Assembly: GCA_963691875.1 (NCBI GenBank)
Contig: OY829846.1
Location: forward strand, 1,152,001-1,216,000
Origin: Aureliella sp.
GTDB taxonomy: Bacteria > Planctomycetota > Planctomycetia > Pirellulales > Pirellulaceae
Direction: 5' to 3'
DNA length: 64,000 nucleotides
Both the position numbers and the translations under genes were made by a program. The stretch's first letter is position 1. Each line of letters starts with the position of its first letter. Under the pieces are notes generated by a model that had not been told where the DNA came from, made no database searches, and was given only the letters and a program-made list of their open reading frames with translations. Positions 40,233-50,821 of this stretch are shown piece after piece.

Positions 40233-41246
40233 ATGAACGAAAGTAGCTCTGAGCCCAAGCTGGTAGAAGTGCCGAACATGCAAAGTTGGAATGGGCGAGT
40301 CTTTCCACTCGCCTACACCGGCGGATCGAGAGATTCTGGTGGCTTGTCTACTTGGCTAGTCACGTGGCTAGTGCACAACAAGCAGATGCTCAAGCAACAA
40401 GCAACCGAGCACGGCGCAGTTCTTTTTCGCGATTTTGGACTCGCAGGACCCGAGGATTTTGATCGTTTAATCGCGGCCCTGGCAATCGCGAACTTTCCTT
40501 ACCGCGAGTCACTCAGCAACGCAGTGAGGAAGAATTTCACCGATCGCGTTTTCTCAGCAAATGAAGCCCCGTCCTCGGTCAAGATTTATTTGCACCACGA
40601 GATGGCGCAGACGCCTCTTTTCCCTTCGGTGATCATTTTTTATTGTGATCAAGCCGCCGAGCAAGGTGGCGCGACCCCAATCTGCCGCTCCGATGTACTC
40701 TACGAATCAGTTCTTAAGTCGCATCCGAAGTTTATCCAAGAGCTGGAATCCAAGGGTCTGAAGTATTCGAACGTGATGCCTGGCGTTGACGATCCAGAAT
40801 CAGGAATGGGGCGAAGTTGGCAAAGCACACTTGGCGTGCAATCGAAAGACGAAGCCGAAACGCGACTGGCTCGGCTGAACTACAGTTGGGACTGGCTGGA
40901 TGGCGATAGCCTGCGTGCAACGACACCGGTTCTGCCAGCTGTGCGAACTCTGGTCGACGGTCGCAAGACGCTGTTCAATCAGCTTATCGCCGCCTACGCA
41001 GGTTGGAGTGATGATCGAAATGATCCATCCAGTGCAATCCGCCTGGGCGACAATAGCAAGCTGTCTGGAGATCCAGTCAGGACGTTGATCGACACAGCCT
41101 ACGAAATCACCTACGACTTGGTCTGGCAAACAGGTGACGCTGTGCTAATTGACAACACCCTGGTGATGCATGGTCGACGCCCCTTCGAGGGCGAGCGGCG
41201 TGTTCTCGCATCATTGGGCGATAAGCATACACATGCCTTTGCGTAG
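40233..41246 (+). CDS. TauD/TfdA family Fe(II)/2-oxoglutarate dioxygenase (SyrP-like)
   Basis: HGAVLFRDF, IYLHHEMAQ (HxE), GGATP, WQTGDAVLIDNTLVMHGRRPF. Confidence 0.88.
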   Translation: MNESSSEPKLVEVPNMQSWNGRVFPLAYTGGSRDSGGLSTWLVTWLVHNKQMLKQQATEHGAVLFRDFGLAGPEDFDRLIAALAIANFPYRESLSNAVRKNFTDRVFSANEAPSSVKIYLHHEMAQTPLFPSVIIFYCDQAAEQGGATPICRSDVLYESVLKSHPKFIQELESKGLKYSNVMPGVDDPESGMGRSWQSTLGVQSKDEAETRLARLNYSWDWLDGDSLRATTPVLPAVRTLVDGRKTLFNQLIAAYAGWSDDRNDPSSAIRLGDNSKLSGDPVRTLIDTAYEITYDLVWQTGDAVLIDNTLVMHGRRPFEGERRVLASLGDKHTHAFA

Positions 41247-41278
41247 ACGACCGAACCGAGCGATAGAAGGCCCACAGA

Positions 41279-42574
41279 ATGACGGATAGTCACCAGTCAG
41301 CCGCCCCAACGGATTCCCAAGCACCTTGGTATAGCGGCATATCAAAATATCAATGGCTGGTGCTGATCATTGCATCGGCTGGATGGGTTTTCGACGTCTA
41401 CGAAAGTCAAATCTTCAACTTAACGCGTGGCGATCTTCTAAAAGATATCCTCGATGGCGACGAAGCGAGTGCGAAGACCTGGGGCGAATGGATGCTCGCC
41501 GTTTTTCTCGCAGGCGGTACGGTCGGAGGATTGCTCTTTGGATCATTGGCCGATCGTTACGGTCGCGGTCCAATCATGATTGTCACGATACTTTTCTATT
41601 CGTTATTCTCGGGGCTGACGTACTTTGTCGGAGATATCTACCAATTGATCGGACTGCGATTCCTTGTGTCAGTTGGAATAGGCGGTGAATGGGCTGTCGC
41701 GGCTGCTTTGGTTGCCGAAGTTTTCCCATCCAAGGCGCGTTCCCAAGCGGCAGCTATTTTTCACGGCTCGAGCGTCGTCGGCACTTGGCTCGCCGCCCTC
41801 GCAGCCTATTGCGTCGGCGAAAACTGGCGTTGGGCTTTCGTACTCGGTGTCGTGCCGGCTCTGCTCGTACTTTGGGTGCGTGCAAGCATCCGAGAGCCAG
41901 AGCAGTGGCAGAAAAGGCGTCAGGAAAAGCAGGTCAATATGGGCAGCTTCAAAGAATTGCTCTTCGATTCACGCTGGAATGGAAAAGCTATTTTAGGCAT
42001 GCTGCTGGCTGCGGTTGGATTAGCCACCTTTTGGTGCGTCACCATCGCGGGGCAAGATATTGTAAAGCTGTTTTTGGTCGGCGAAGGCACCGCCCCCAAA
42101 GAAGCCGGTAGCTCTGCGAAACTGGCTTACGGGATTCTGCAAGCCACAGGCGGTGGGATCGGTTTGCTCGCCTTTGGTCCAATTGCAGCGAGAATGGGTA
42201 GGATCCGAGCCTTCGCAGTGTTTCATATTCTCGGACTGTTGATCGTGCCCGTCGTTTGTTTTGCTCCGCAAGCCTATTGGCAGTTGTTAGTTTTGTTGCC
42301 AATCTACGGCTTCCTCACTATGGGAATGCATTCTGGCTATGCGATCTATTTTCCTGAACTGTTTCCCACCAATCTACGAGCAACCGGTACGAGTTTTTGC
42401 TTCAACGGTGGGCGATTGGCTGCGGTACCGCTCCTATATCTTTCCGGGGTCCTGAAAGGAATCGATGGAATCGATTTGCGTTATGTGATCTGTGGCTTGG
42501 CTCTGATCTATTTACTCGGATTGGTTCTGCTTTGTTTCTTGCCCGAAACAAACGGCCAGGATCTGCCAGACTAG
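41279..42574 (+). CDS. MFS transporter
   Basis: GSLADRYGR motif A, GIGGEW, PELFPTNLRATG, terminal LPET, about 12 TM helices. Confidence 0.92.
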   Translation: MTDSHQSAAPTDSQAPWYSGISKYQWLVLIIASAGWVFDVYESQIFNLTRGDLLKDILDGDEASAKTWGEWMLAVFLAGGTVGGLLFGSLADRYGRGPIMIVTILFYSLFSGLTYFVGDIYQLIGLRFLVSVGIGGEWAVAAALVAEVFPSKARSQAAAIFHGSSVVGTWLAALAAYCVGENWRWAFVLGVVPALLVLWVRASIREPEQWQKRRQEKQVNMGSFKELLFDSRWNGKAILGMLLAAVGLATFWCVTIAGQDIVKLFLVGEGTAPKEAGSSAKLAYGILQATGGGIGLLAFGPIAARMGRIRAFAVFHILGLLIVPVVCFAPQAYWQLLVLLPIYGFLTMGMHSGYAIYFPELFPTNLRATGTSFCFNGGRLAAVPLLYLSGVLKGIDGIDLRYVICGLALIYLLGLVLLCFLPETNGQDLPD

Positions 42575-42676
42575 AATACAAGGGCGTGGCGAGCTTATGA
42601 GTCTCCCATTGGTAGCACCCCGCGTAAACGAGTCCCACAGATCTATTCTTTGACGCATCCCGTAGACGCCCAACGT

Positions 42677-45100
42677 ATGATTCTCCCGAAACTCAAGATC
42701 ACTTTCGCATTTGCCCTGTGCTTCATTGCTCAAATTGCGATGGGACAACCCAGGGGCAAACAGGACACCCTGGACTTTGCACACCAGATCGTACCGATCC
42801 TCAAGAAACACTGCGTGCGGTGCCACGGTGGGGAGGAATCGCAAGCTGGCTTGTCGCTGAATACGCGCGAGCATTTGATTGATGCTGGCTTGCTAACGGA
42901 AGACTGGCAAGAATCCGAGCTAAACCTTCGTTTAGAGTCGGATGATCCTGAATACCGCATGCCACCGGAAGGCGACCGGCCAACAGAAGCAGAAATCAAG
43001 GTTTTGCAGCGCTGGCTAAAGGAGGACTTGCCCTGGGAGCCGGGATTCACCTTCGCGCCAGAGCGCTACGAACCTCCACTGCGACCACGTAAAGTGACTT
43101 TGCCGCCTGCAATCGAGGGCAGGACTCATCCGATCGACCGAATTGTCGATCACTACTTCGAAACAAAGGAATTGCAGCGTCCTAGAAGACTTGAAGACGA
43201 GGCCTTTTTACGCCGAGTGACACTCGATCTTACCGGACTCTTACCGACACGAGAGCTTCGCAGTGAGTGGCTACATGGGTTCGCCCCGTCACGAAGCGCC
43301 CTCATTAGTCAGTTGCTTTCGGATGACATTGATTACGCAGAGCACTGGCTGACATTCTGGAATGACTTGCTGAGAAACGATTACAGCGGAACGGGCTTCA
43401 TCACCGGAGGCCGCAAGCAGATTACCAGGTGGCTCTATCAGTCACTCGTTAACAATAAGCCCTACGACCAAATGGTTCGTGAACTACTAGTGCCAGATGC
43501 GAGTTCCGAGGGATTCATTCAAGGCATTCGCTGGCGTGGCGTGGTAAACGCAAGTCAACGACAGGAACTGCAATTTGCTCAGAATGTGAGTCAGGCCTTT
43601 CTTGGCATCAATCTCAAGTGTGCTTCCTGCCACGATAGCTTCATCGACCGCTGGACGCTCGAGGAAACCTACGCCCTGGCGCAAGTCTACGCTACAGAGC
43701 CACTTGAGCAGCATCGTTGTGACAAACCCAATGGTAAGTTTGCTAAGGCGGCCTGGCTGTTTCCAGAACTCGGAGAGATCGACTCGGAGGCGGAGCAACG
43801 GGCTCGATTGCAACAGCTTTCGAAACTGATGACAACAACAGAGAATGGGCGCTTTGCTAGAACAATCGCTAACCGAATTTGGCACCGCCTGATGGGCCGC
43901 GGCATTGTGCATCCTGTCGATGCTATGCACACCGAACCTTGGAATGAAGATCTACTCGAGTACTTGGCGAACTACTTGGTCGATCAAAGGTATGACCTGA
44001 AGAAGTTGCTCGCTCACATTTGCCAATCCGAAACTTACCAAGCAGTTTCCCCTATTACGGCAAAGGAAGAGACAACAGAATATCTCTTCACCGGCCCAAC
44101 TGCTAAGCGCATGAGCGCTGAGCAATTTGTGGATTGCGTTTGGCAATTGACTGACTCAGCGCCACCAAAGCACGATTCCGGTGTAGACCGTTTCTCTACC
44201 GATGACGCGGATTCTGCCTCACTCCCCGAGATGAATGCGCAATGGATCTGGACGCAGACAGCTGCAAACGCTGCTCCAGGTGGTGAATCACCCAGCTTCC
44301 GCAAGCTGTTCGAAATTCAAGAGCTGCCTGAGCACGCAGTTGCCGCGATAACTTGCGACAACGAATACCGATTATTCATCAATGGACAACTCGTAGCAGA
44401 AGACAAGGCTTGGGAATCCGTCGAACGCGTCGATGCGACGAATCATCTAAGAGTTGGCGACAACACGATTCTGATCGTGGCCAAGAATGGTGCATCAACT
44501 CCCAATCCCGCCGGTCTTTGCTTCGAGTTATTATTGGCAGCAGAAGACGGACAACGTCGGTCCATCGCAACGGACGACGGCTGGCAATTTGTGGCGGCTC
44601 ATCCACGGAAGAAGGGGAAGTTTACCGATGCCAAGCTCAAGTGGCAGCAAGCTGCGTTCGTTTCAACTCCTGGAATATGGCAGTCGCGAATCGAGCAACT
44701 GTTTCGTCAGCAACTGAGCCTAGTTTCCGTTGAGCGGAAGATGGTGCGAGCCTCACTCTTGAAGGCCGATGAACTCATGCGAGCTCTTGGCAGACCTAAT
44801 CGTGATCAGATCGCAACCATGCGTCCGAATGGCCTAACGACGCTAGAGGCAATTCAACTTGCCAATGGGCAGCGACTTGCGGACGCTCTATCCTCTGCGT
44901 CTACTAAGCTTCAAGCCCGTTTTCGTAATGAGCCAGAGCAATTAGTGCCATGGCTTTGCGAGTTTGCTCTGACCCGCAAGGCGAGCGAATCAGAGTTACA
45001 GCTTGCCCAAACATTGCTTGGACAAGAGCTCACCACCGAGGCGATAGAAGACTTGCTGTGGTCTTTTATAATCCATCCCGAATTCCAACTCATACGCTAG
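42677..45100 (+). CDS. Planctomycete cytochrome c + DUF1549 + DUF1553 protein with an inserted beta-sandwich domain
   Basis: CVRCH, CASCHD, FLRRVTLDLTGLLP, ANRIWHRLMGRG. Insert AQWIW...ITCDNEYRLFING...LRVGDNTI...NPAGL resembles glycosidase accessory domains. Confidence 0.88.
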   Translation: MILPKLKITFAFALCFIAQIAMGQPRGKQDTLDFAHQIVPILKKHCVRCHGGEESQAGLSLNTREHLIDAGLLTEDWQESELNLRLESDDPEYRMPPEGDRPTEAEIKVLQRWLKEDLPWEPGFTFAPERYEPPLRPRKVTLPPAIEGRTHPIDRIVDHYFETKELQRPRRLEDEAFLRRVTLDLTGLLPTRELRSEWLHGFAPSRSALISQLLSDDIDYAEHWLTFWNDLLRNDYSGTGFITGGRKQITRWLYQSLVNNKPYDQMVRELLVPDASSEGFIQGIRWRGVVNASQRQELQFAQNVSQAFLGINLKCASCHDSFIDRWTLEETYALAQVYATEPLEQHRCDKPNGKFAKAAWLFPELGEIDSEAEQRARLQQLSKLMTTTENGRFARTIANRIWHRLMGRGIVHPVDAMHTEPWNEDLLEYLANYLVDQRYDLKKLLAHICQSETYQAVSPITAKEETTEYLFTGPTAKRMSAEQFVDCVWQLTDSAPPKHDSGVDRFSTDDADSASLPEMNAQWIWTQTAANAAPGGESPSFRKLFEIQELPEHAVAAITCDNEYRLFINGQLVAEDKAWESVERVDATNHLRVGDNTILIVAKNGASTPNPAGLCFELLLAAEDGQRRSIATDDGWQFVAAHPRKKGKFTDAKLKWQQAAFVSTPGIWQSRIEQLFRQQLSLVSVERKMVRASLLKADELMRALGRPNRDQIATMRPNGLTTLEAIQLANGQRLADALSSASTKLQARFRNEPEQLVPWLCEFALTRKASESELQLAQTLLGQELTTEAIEDLLWSFIIHPEFQLIR

Positions 45101-45115
45101 CCAGGTAACACATTC

Positions 45116-46561
45116 ATGCAAGACATCGATGAACAGTGCGCCCCTCCCGAGCTGCAGCGCCGTCGCTTTCTAAAGCAGCTTTCCGCTGCCAGTGCTGCCG
45201 CTTGGATGGCTGGTGCCCCGAGAGCCATGGCCGCGGAAGAGACTGCACCGGGAGCAACTGCGGATTCCTGCATCTTGATCTGGATGGCCGGCGGAATGGC
45301 TGCGCCCGACAACTTAGATCCCAAAAGCTACGAGCCATTCGAGGTTGGTAAGCCAATGGACAAGGTCTACAGTACTTTTCCAGCCATCGATACCGCCGTC
45401 GACAACATCAAGATTGCAGAAGGATTGGAGCAGATAGCGTCAGTCATGGATCGAGCCACCATGATTCGCTCGCACGTTCAGCCAGACTTGGGACACATTC
45501 TGCACTCGCGGCACCAATACCATTGGCATACAGGCTATGTGCCTCCTCAGACCGTGGCCTGCCCACACATCGGCGCTTGGATGTCCAAAGTGCTCGGTCC
45601 TGTAAATCCAGTCATCCCAGCTTTCATCAACATCGGGCAGCGTCTCGAAGGCATAGGTGAAAACGAGGAAATCAAAGCATTCACGCAAGGCGGCTTCTTC
45701 GGAACTGAACACGGCCCGATGAACTTACCATATCCCGACCTGGCTGCTAAAGCCGTGCGGCCGCCCAGCGGAATGACCTCGAGGCGTTTCGAAGATCGTT
45801 TTCGCTTCTTCAAGGAACTCGTCAAGAGCAGCCCGCAACGCGAGTATGCATCAGACTACCAACAGGAATCGATGTTGCGATCACTGGAGAATGCGAATCG
45901 CTTGCTGAATTCTCCCGAGCGAAAGGCTTTCGACATCAGTCTGGAGCCCAAAGAGAGTTTCGCAAAGTACGATACGGGACGCTTCGGAAAAGGACTTCTG
46001 CTGGCGAGACGATTGGTTGAGTCAGGCGCACGTTTCGTCGAAGTAACGACCGAGTACATCCCTTTCGTGCATTGGGATACACACACCGATGGTCACCGCA
46101 CGGTCAAGAGATTGCACTCTGAGATCGATGGGCCCATCGCGCAGCTCATCCTCGACCTCGAATCGCGCGGGCTTCTAGACCGAACCCTAGTTGTACTTGC
46201 CAGCGAATTCAGCCGTGACATGATGGTGGAAGGCGTCCCGGGTTCAACAGCCAAGGACCAAGCCAAATTCCGAGGCGAAAAACTAGGCGAGATCAAACAC
46301 TACGGATTACACCGGCATTTCACAGGTGGCTCATCAGTTCTCATGTTCGGTGGCGGGATAAAACGTGGCCATTTGTACGGCCGCACCGCCGATGAAAGGC
46401 CGTTTCTTGCAGTGGAGAACCCGGTAAGCGTAATGGACCTGCACGCAACTATTTTTCGCGCGATGGGGCTCAGTCCCAAGACCTCATTTGAAGTCGAGCG
46501 TCGCCCTTTTTACATTACGGAAGATGGCAAAGGAAAGCCTGTCGTCGACGTATTTGCCTGA
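45116..46561 (+). CDS. DUF1501 domain protein with a Tat signal
   Basis: QRRRFLK, IWMAGGM, LLARRLVESGARF, WDTH, SEFSR. Confidence 0.9.
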   Translation: MQDIDEQCAPPELQRRRFLKQLSAASAAAWMAGAPRAMAAEETAPGATADSCILIWMAGGMAAPDNLDPKSYEPFEVGKPMDKVYSTFPAIDTAVDNIKIAEGLEQIASVMDRATMIRSHVQPDLGHILHSRHQYHWHTGYVPPQTVACPHIGAWMSKVLGPVNPVIPAFINIGQRLEGIGENEEIKAFTQGGFFGTEHGPMNLPYPDLAAKAVRPPSGMTSRRFEDRFRFFKELVKSSPQREYASDYQQESMLRSLENANRLLNSPERKAFDISLEPKESFAKYDTGRFGKGLLLARRLVESGARFVEVTTEYIPFVHWDTHTDGHRTVKRLHSEIDGPIAQLILDLESRGLLDRTLVVLASEFSRDMMVEGVPGSTAKDQAKFRGEKLGEIKHYGLHRHFTGGSSVLMFGGGIKRGHLYGRTADERPFLAVENPVSVMDLHATIFRAMGLSPKTSFEVERRPFYITEDGKGKPVVDVFA

Positions 46562-46681
46562 CCAACTATCACATCTCGTGATGGAAATTGCCAGAATTCC
46601 TCGCAAGTAATGTGTTGCGGAAAAATTGATCCAGTAGTCTCGAACAGCCCCCTTTAAGTCTCCTTTTGCCTTGAGATTTCG

Positions 46682-48300
46682 ATGCGAATCGCTCCTCTTT
46701 TCTTACTTCTGCTGAGCATTCTACCTTCAATTGGTTTTGCAGAGACCAAACCCAACATCATCTTCATTCTCGCTGACGACTGGGGGATTGGAGACGTGAA
46801 GTGTTTCGGGGGTGAATTGTGTCGCATAGAAACGCCCCATATGGATGCTTTGGCGAAACGGGGCATGCGATTCACGGATGCTCATAGCAGTTCGTCGGTC
46901 TGCACGCCAACTCGCTACAGTGTTCTAACCGGTAGATACAATTGGCGCAGCAGATTGAAACGAGGTGTTCTTTACGGATACGACGAGCCACTTATTGAGG
47001 CGAAGCGTCAAACCGTTGCTGGCTTTCTGCAACAACAAGGATATCAAACAGCTTGCATCGGTAAGTGGCATCTTGGGATGAACATGCCTACTCATGATGG
47101 GAAACGGCCCTTCTCCAAGATGACCGCCAAGGACCACGACAAGCCGGTTGATCCAGCTAAATGCAATGTAGACTGGAAAGGTCTATCACCGGAGGTCCGA
47201 CCAGCGTTGGTTTTGATTACTTCTACGGGATCTCCGCTTCCCTCGATATGCCACCCTACATTTGGATTCACAACGCTCAGTTCGTGGGTGAATGCACTAC
47301 CGCAAAGGCCTTTCATCGCTCAGGGCCAGCCCACGCGGACTTCTTCGATTACGACGTCCTTCCCAGGATAACGAAGAAATCAGTAGAGTTCATCGCGCAA
47401 CAGGCTGCTTCCGAGAAGTCGTTCTTTCTCTATATGCCGCTCAACGCTCCGCACACACCAATCAGCCCTTCCCAAAAATTCCAAGGCAAGAGTGGGCTCG
47501 GGAAATATGCAGACTTCGTCATGGAAACAGACTGGGCGGTAGGACAGATCGTTGCAGCGGTGGACAAAGCTGGCATCGCACAAAATACACTTATTATTGT
47601 CACCGCAGATAATGGTTGCAGTCCAGCAGCAGCCACTCGCGCTGGGAAGAACTCGCTGAATTTAACTTTCAACGAAGAAAGCAAAGGTAATCCATTGGCG
47701 GATCACCATTACGCATGCAGTATCTTTCGAGGACACAAGGCTGACATTTACGAGGGGGTGCATCGCGTTCCCTTTATCGCAAAATGGGATGGCAAGATTG
47801 AAACCGGCAGCATGTGCGACTCTCCGGTGTGCCATGTTGATTTATTTGCGACCTGTGCGGATGTGGCTGGGGCTAAGCCTGCAAAAGATTCGGCCGTGGA
47901 CTCGCTAACTTTCCTGCCGCAGCTCCTTGGAGAGAACGATTTGAATGCTCGCGAGACTGTTATCCATCATTCGATCAATGGAAGCTTCGCTCTACGAAAT
48001 GGCAATTGGAAGCTTGCTTTCTGCCCAGGCAGCGGAGGCTGGTCTGCACCACGTCCGATGAAAGCCCAAAAAGCTGAGGAGAAGAAAGAGTCGGGTGAGC
48101 TTCAGTCTGCACAGCTATTCGATTTGAAAGCGGATCCCTCGGAACAGCACAATGTAGCGAGTCAGCATCCCGAACTCGTGAAAAAGATGACAGCAGTGAT
48201 CTTGCGGCAAATCTCCGCCGGCCGAACGACTCCGGGACCTGACCAAGAAAACGATGGAGAGACGCCGCTCTACCCCGACTGGCTGCAGAAGCTGAAGTGA
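46682..48300 (+). pseudogene. Arylsulfatase (S1) split by a 1-bp deletion at about 47183
   Basis: PNIIFILADD, CTPTR and GKWHL in the first frame up to VDWKG. ITGGPTSVGFDYF, APHTP, TADNG and GHKADIYEG continue in another frame. Junction AAA GGT CT ATC ACC. Confidence 0.85.
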
Positions 48301-48806
48301 TGAGTTGTGATTCTGACGCTCGTTGCTAACCCAGATTTGCCTGAACAATTTGGAACGGAAGTCAAAGACGAGGCGTTAGCAGTCGGTTGTTGCCAGTCTC
48401 TAAACAAGGGCCAGCGCCTCGAAGCATGCCGCTCAACATCATCAACAGAACCTAGCCCCAATTGCTTCATAAATACGTTCGGGATTTCTGTACGCTCTGC
48501 CCTTGGGCCTCATTGTCCACAAGAGAATCTTGGCTGAAGCCCCCAACGCAATTTTCTTCCAGCCGGATGTCATTCGGTTCCCAAATGTCTTTCGCTGGCA
48601 GGAGACATGCAACTACGTTCTGAGGGATGGCGAGGCGGCGAATGCCATAGCAAGTATCAGGTGCAAGTCAAAGTCGATCCGAGGATCGCGGATTCAGGAA
48701 TCCACTTGATTCCTTTTGACGTCAAGCTGGATCAGAAACACTGGGGACAGATGTTTGATTTTCTCATTCACGTGCCCGAAGAATAATGATTACTTCAACT
48801 GCGAAG

Positions 48807-49136
48807 CTACGACTCACTTACTTCTCGACTTTGTCCCCACACTCCGGAATGCTTGAGCAAGACTAGGTTGCCTTCGACTCGACACTGGCAGGCAAGCCGA
48901 AGCCCCAGTTCAAGGTCATGTGGCGGGAAACTTAAACGCCACTTTTCTACGCGAGTCATTGCCGAGACTTGCCCTTCGATTTCGACGGAGCACGTCCCGC
49001 AAGTACCTAAGCCTCGACAGTGAATTTGCTTCGCGAATCCGTTGTAGAGAGGTGCTCCTGCGTCAAGAAGAACTTTGCGTAGGTTGTCTCCTTTCTGGCA
49101 TTCAATGACTTGTTTATTGATGGTCACTGTCGGCAT
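48807..49136 (-). CDS. 2Fe-2S ferredoxin
   Basis: CRGLGTCGTC and RLACQ. Confidence 0.88.
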   Translation of the reverse strand: MPTVTINKQVIECQKGDNLRKVLLDAGAPLYNGFAKQIHCRGLGTCGTCSVEIEGQVSAMTRVEKWRLSFPPHDLELGLRLACQCRVEGNLVLLKHSGVWGQSREVSES

Positions 49137-49171
49137 GATCGAAGAACCAATTCACGATTGATGGATCGTAT

Positions 49172-49426
49172 TCAAGTGCGTTGCGTGGGACAGCGGAACC
49201 GCCCGATCTCAAAACCACGTTTTTGAACGTGCTTCGTCTTGCGTCCCTGAGTCCTGCGTCTCCAGAGGCGAAACGATGCTGGCCTGAGCTGAGAACGCAT
49301 CAATTTGATCACCCCGCCGGGTGACAAACCGAACTGAAGCTTGATTGAATCGAAGGAAGTGCGATCCTCCCAAGCCATCTGAATGACCCGGTCAATTTCA
49401 GTCCGCGTGAGTTCTTCGCTATTCAT
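49172..49426 (-). CDS. TIGR03643 / DUF2805 family protein
   Basis: DRVIQMAWEDRTSF, VIKLMR, SFRLWRRR, GRKTKH. Confidence 0.85.
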   Translation of the reverse strand: MNSEELTRTEIDRVIQMAWEDRTSFDSIKLQFGLSPGGVIKLMRSQLRPASFRLWRRRTQGRKTKHVQKRGFEIGRFRCPTQRT

Positions 49427-50343
49427 TTTTCAAAAGCGTTGGAATCTGAATTCAATTCGCAGCCGAAGACAGCGGACTGATTTTCGGCATTCGCATAGTG
49501 GTAGAGGCTTCTGAGGAGTCCGTACCCGACCTCCAAGTTAACTGACAAGAACAGACCAGAGGCTAGGAACAAGATTGCGGAACAGTATAGGTCTGCGTCA
49601 AACCGTTCTCTGCCGGCCAAAGTCTGGATGATGCTGTAGGTGAGAAGCAGCAAGAGGGCAGCATTAGTTAAGCTTAGTAAAGATAGTCTTTTCTTCTGTT
49701 TAGTTCCCAACCGCCGCAAAACTGCTCGCAGGAGCGGTAGCAACTGGATTGCGTGAATCGCTACTCCATGCGGAAACTTAACCGGACCATTAGCTCCGTA
49801 TACGCTGGGATCTTTGCCGGCCTCAACACGCCCGATCCCGTATTCGTACAGGAGGAACCCGATTGCGCAGGAAATAACCAGGAAAAACATCCCTCCGTTC
49901 CAAGCGACCTTCTCGTCTCTGGTCCCTTGAAAACCACCGCAAAATGAACGAAACGCAAGTACGAGAATGCAGACTGTGACAATCGCAATTAGTGCTGTCA
50001 TGCTCGAATCAAGAAAAGCATCTAGCTGGGTCGCGCGATTGAAATGCGATTTGACGCCTCGCCACTGCTGAAGAGTGATAATCCCGACTTCGGTAGCCAT
50101 ACATAATGCAATTGATACTGAAAGGAACTTGTCGATCCGCCAAGGCTTGAGCAGTCTTAGCAAACGCCCGGTGGAGACGAGCGTCAGTCCCCCTGAGACT
50201 CCAAACAGGATCGGTTTTCTCCACGAAATGGCACCTTCCCAAGCCTGTCCAGAATTGAGCCAGACGCCGACATGTAGGAACCCAACCGCAATCAGCGAAT
50301 AACCGATTACAATCTGGACCCCTGAACCTCTATTCTGTTGCAT
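49423..50343 (-). CDS. Conserved hypothetical multi-pass membrane protein
   Basis: WRKPILFGVS, ITLQQWRGVKSHFN, KFPHGVAIHAIQ, about 8 TM helices. ATGA overlap with the downstream gene. Confidence 0.75.
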   Translation of the reverse strand: MQQNRGSGVQIVIGYSLIAVGFLHVGVWLNSGQAWEGAISWRKPILFGVSGGLTLVSTGRLLRLLKPWRIDKFLSVSIALCMATEVGIITLQQWRGVKSHFNRATQLDAFLDSSMTALIAIVTVCILVLAFRSFCGGFQGTRDEKVAWNGGMFFLVISCAIGFLLYEYGIGRVEAGKDPSVYGANGPVKFPHGVAIHAIQLLPLLRAVLRRLGTKQKKRLSLLSLTNAALLLLLTYSIIQTLAGRERFDADLYCSAILFLASGLFLSVNLEVGYGLLRSLYHYANAENQSAVFGCELNSDSNAFEK

Positions 50344-50821
50344 CGCCGAAAACCCATATTTGCATCACCGCCGCTTGTTTAAACCGGCTTGAATAGGAAT
50401 TTTCAACGTAGCATAGCGAGATTCCTGCGGTGGAAAGGGCAGAGGTAAGCGCTTCGCGCTAAACTGAATTCGATGCAGCTAAACAACCGCTCAACTCCTT
50501 GCACTCAAGCGCGTTAATTCCTCACTTGATTATCACGGCAGCTGATAGGGATTCCCGTCGTCAGCTAGTCAATTGTCGTCATCAATAAACAAAGTGACAA
50601 ATAAACACTAAGACCAGTCGACTTGTGAAATCGTCGTCACCACTAGTCCGAGGTGGGTGATTCCGAAACGATTACCTCGGGATCTTCGCTCGCACCTGTT
50701 TTGGGGAGCAGATCTTCCGATGACTTTCGATTTATCCAACGCAAGCGAGTGATCCCGCTCATTCATTCTTTACGACGCAAGTCATCCGACAGGAGTGCAC
50801 TAAACCGCTGCCTTCCGCTTT

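Noticed and set aside
38649..42574. Cys-rich protein as a RiPP precursor modified by the dioxygenase and exported by the MFS
   Set aside because: It has a Sec signal peptide and a strong terminator before the downstream genes, and no recognised RiPP maturase or peptidase is nearby.
48307..48790. Short ORFs between the sulfatase and the 2Fe-2S ferredoxin
   Set aside because: No recognisable motif or RBS; possibly eroded DNA but not supportable.
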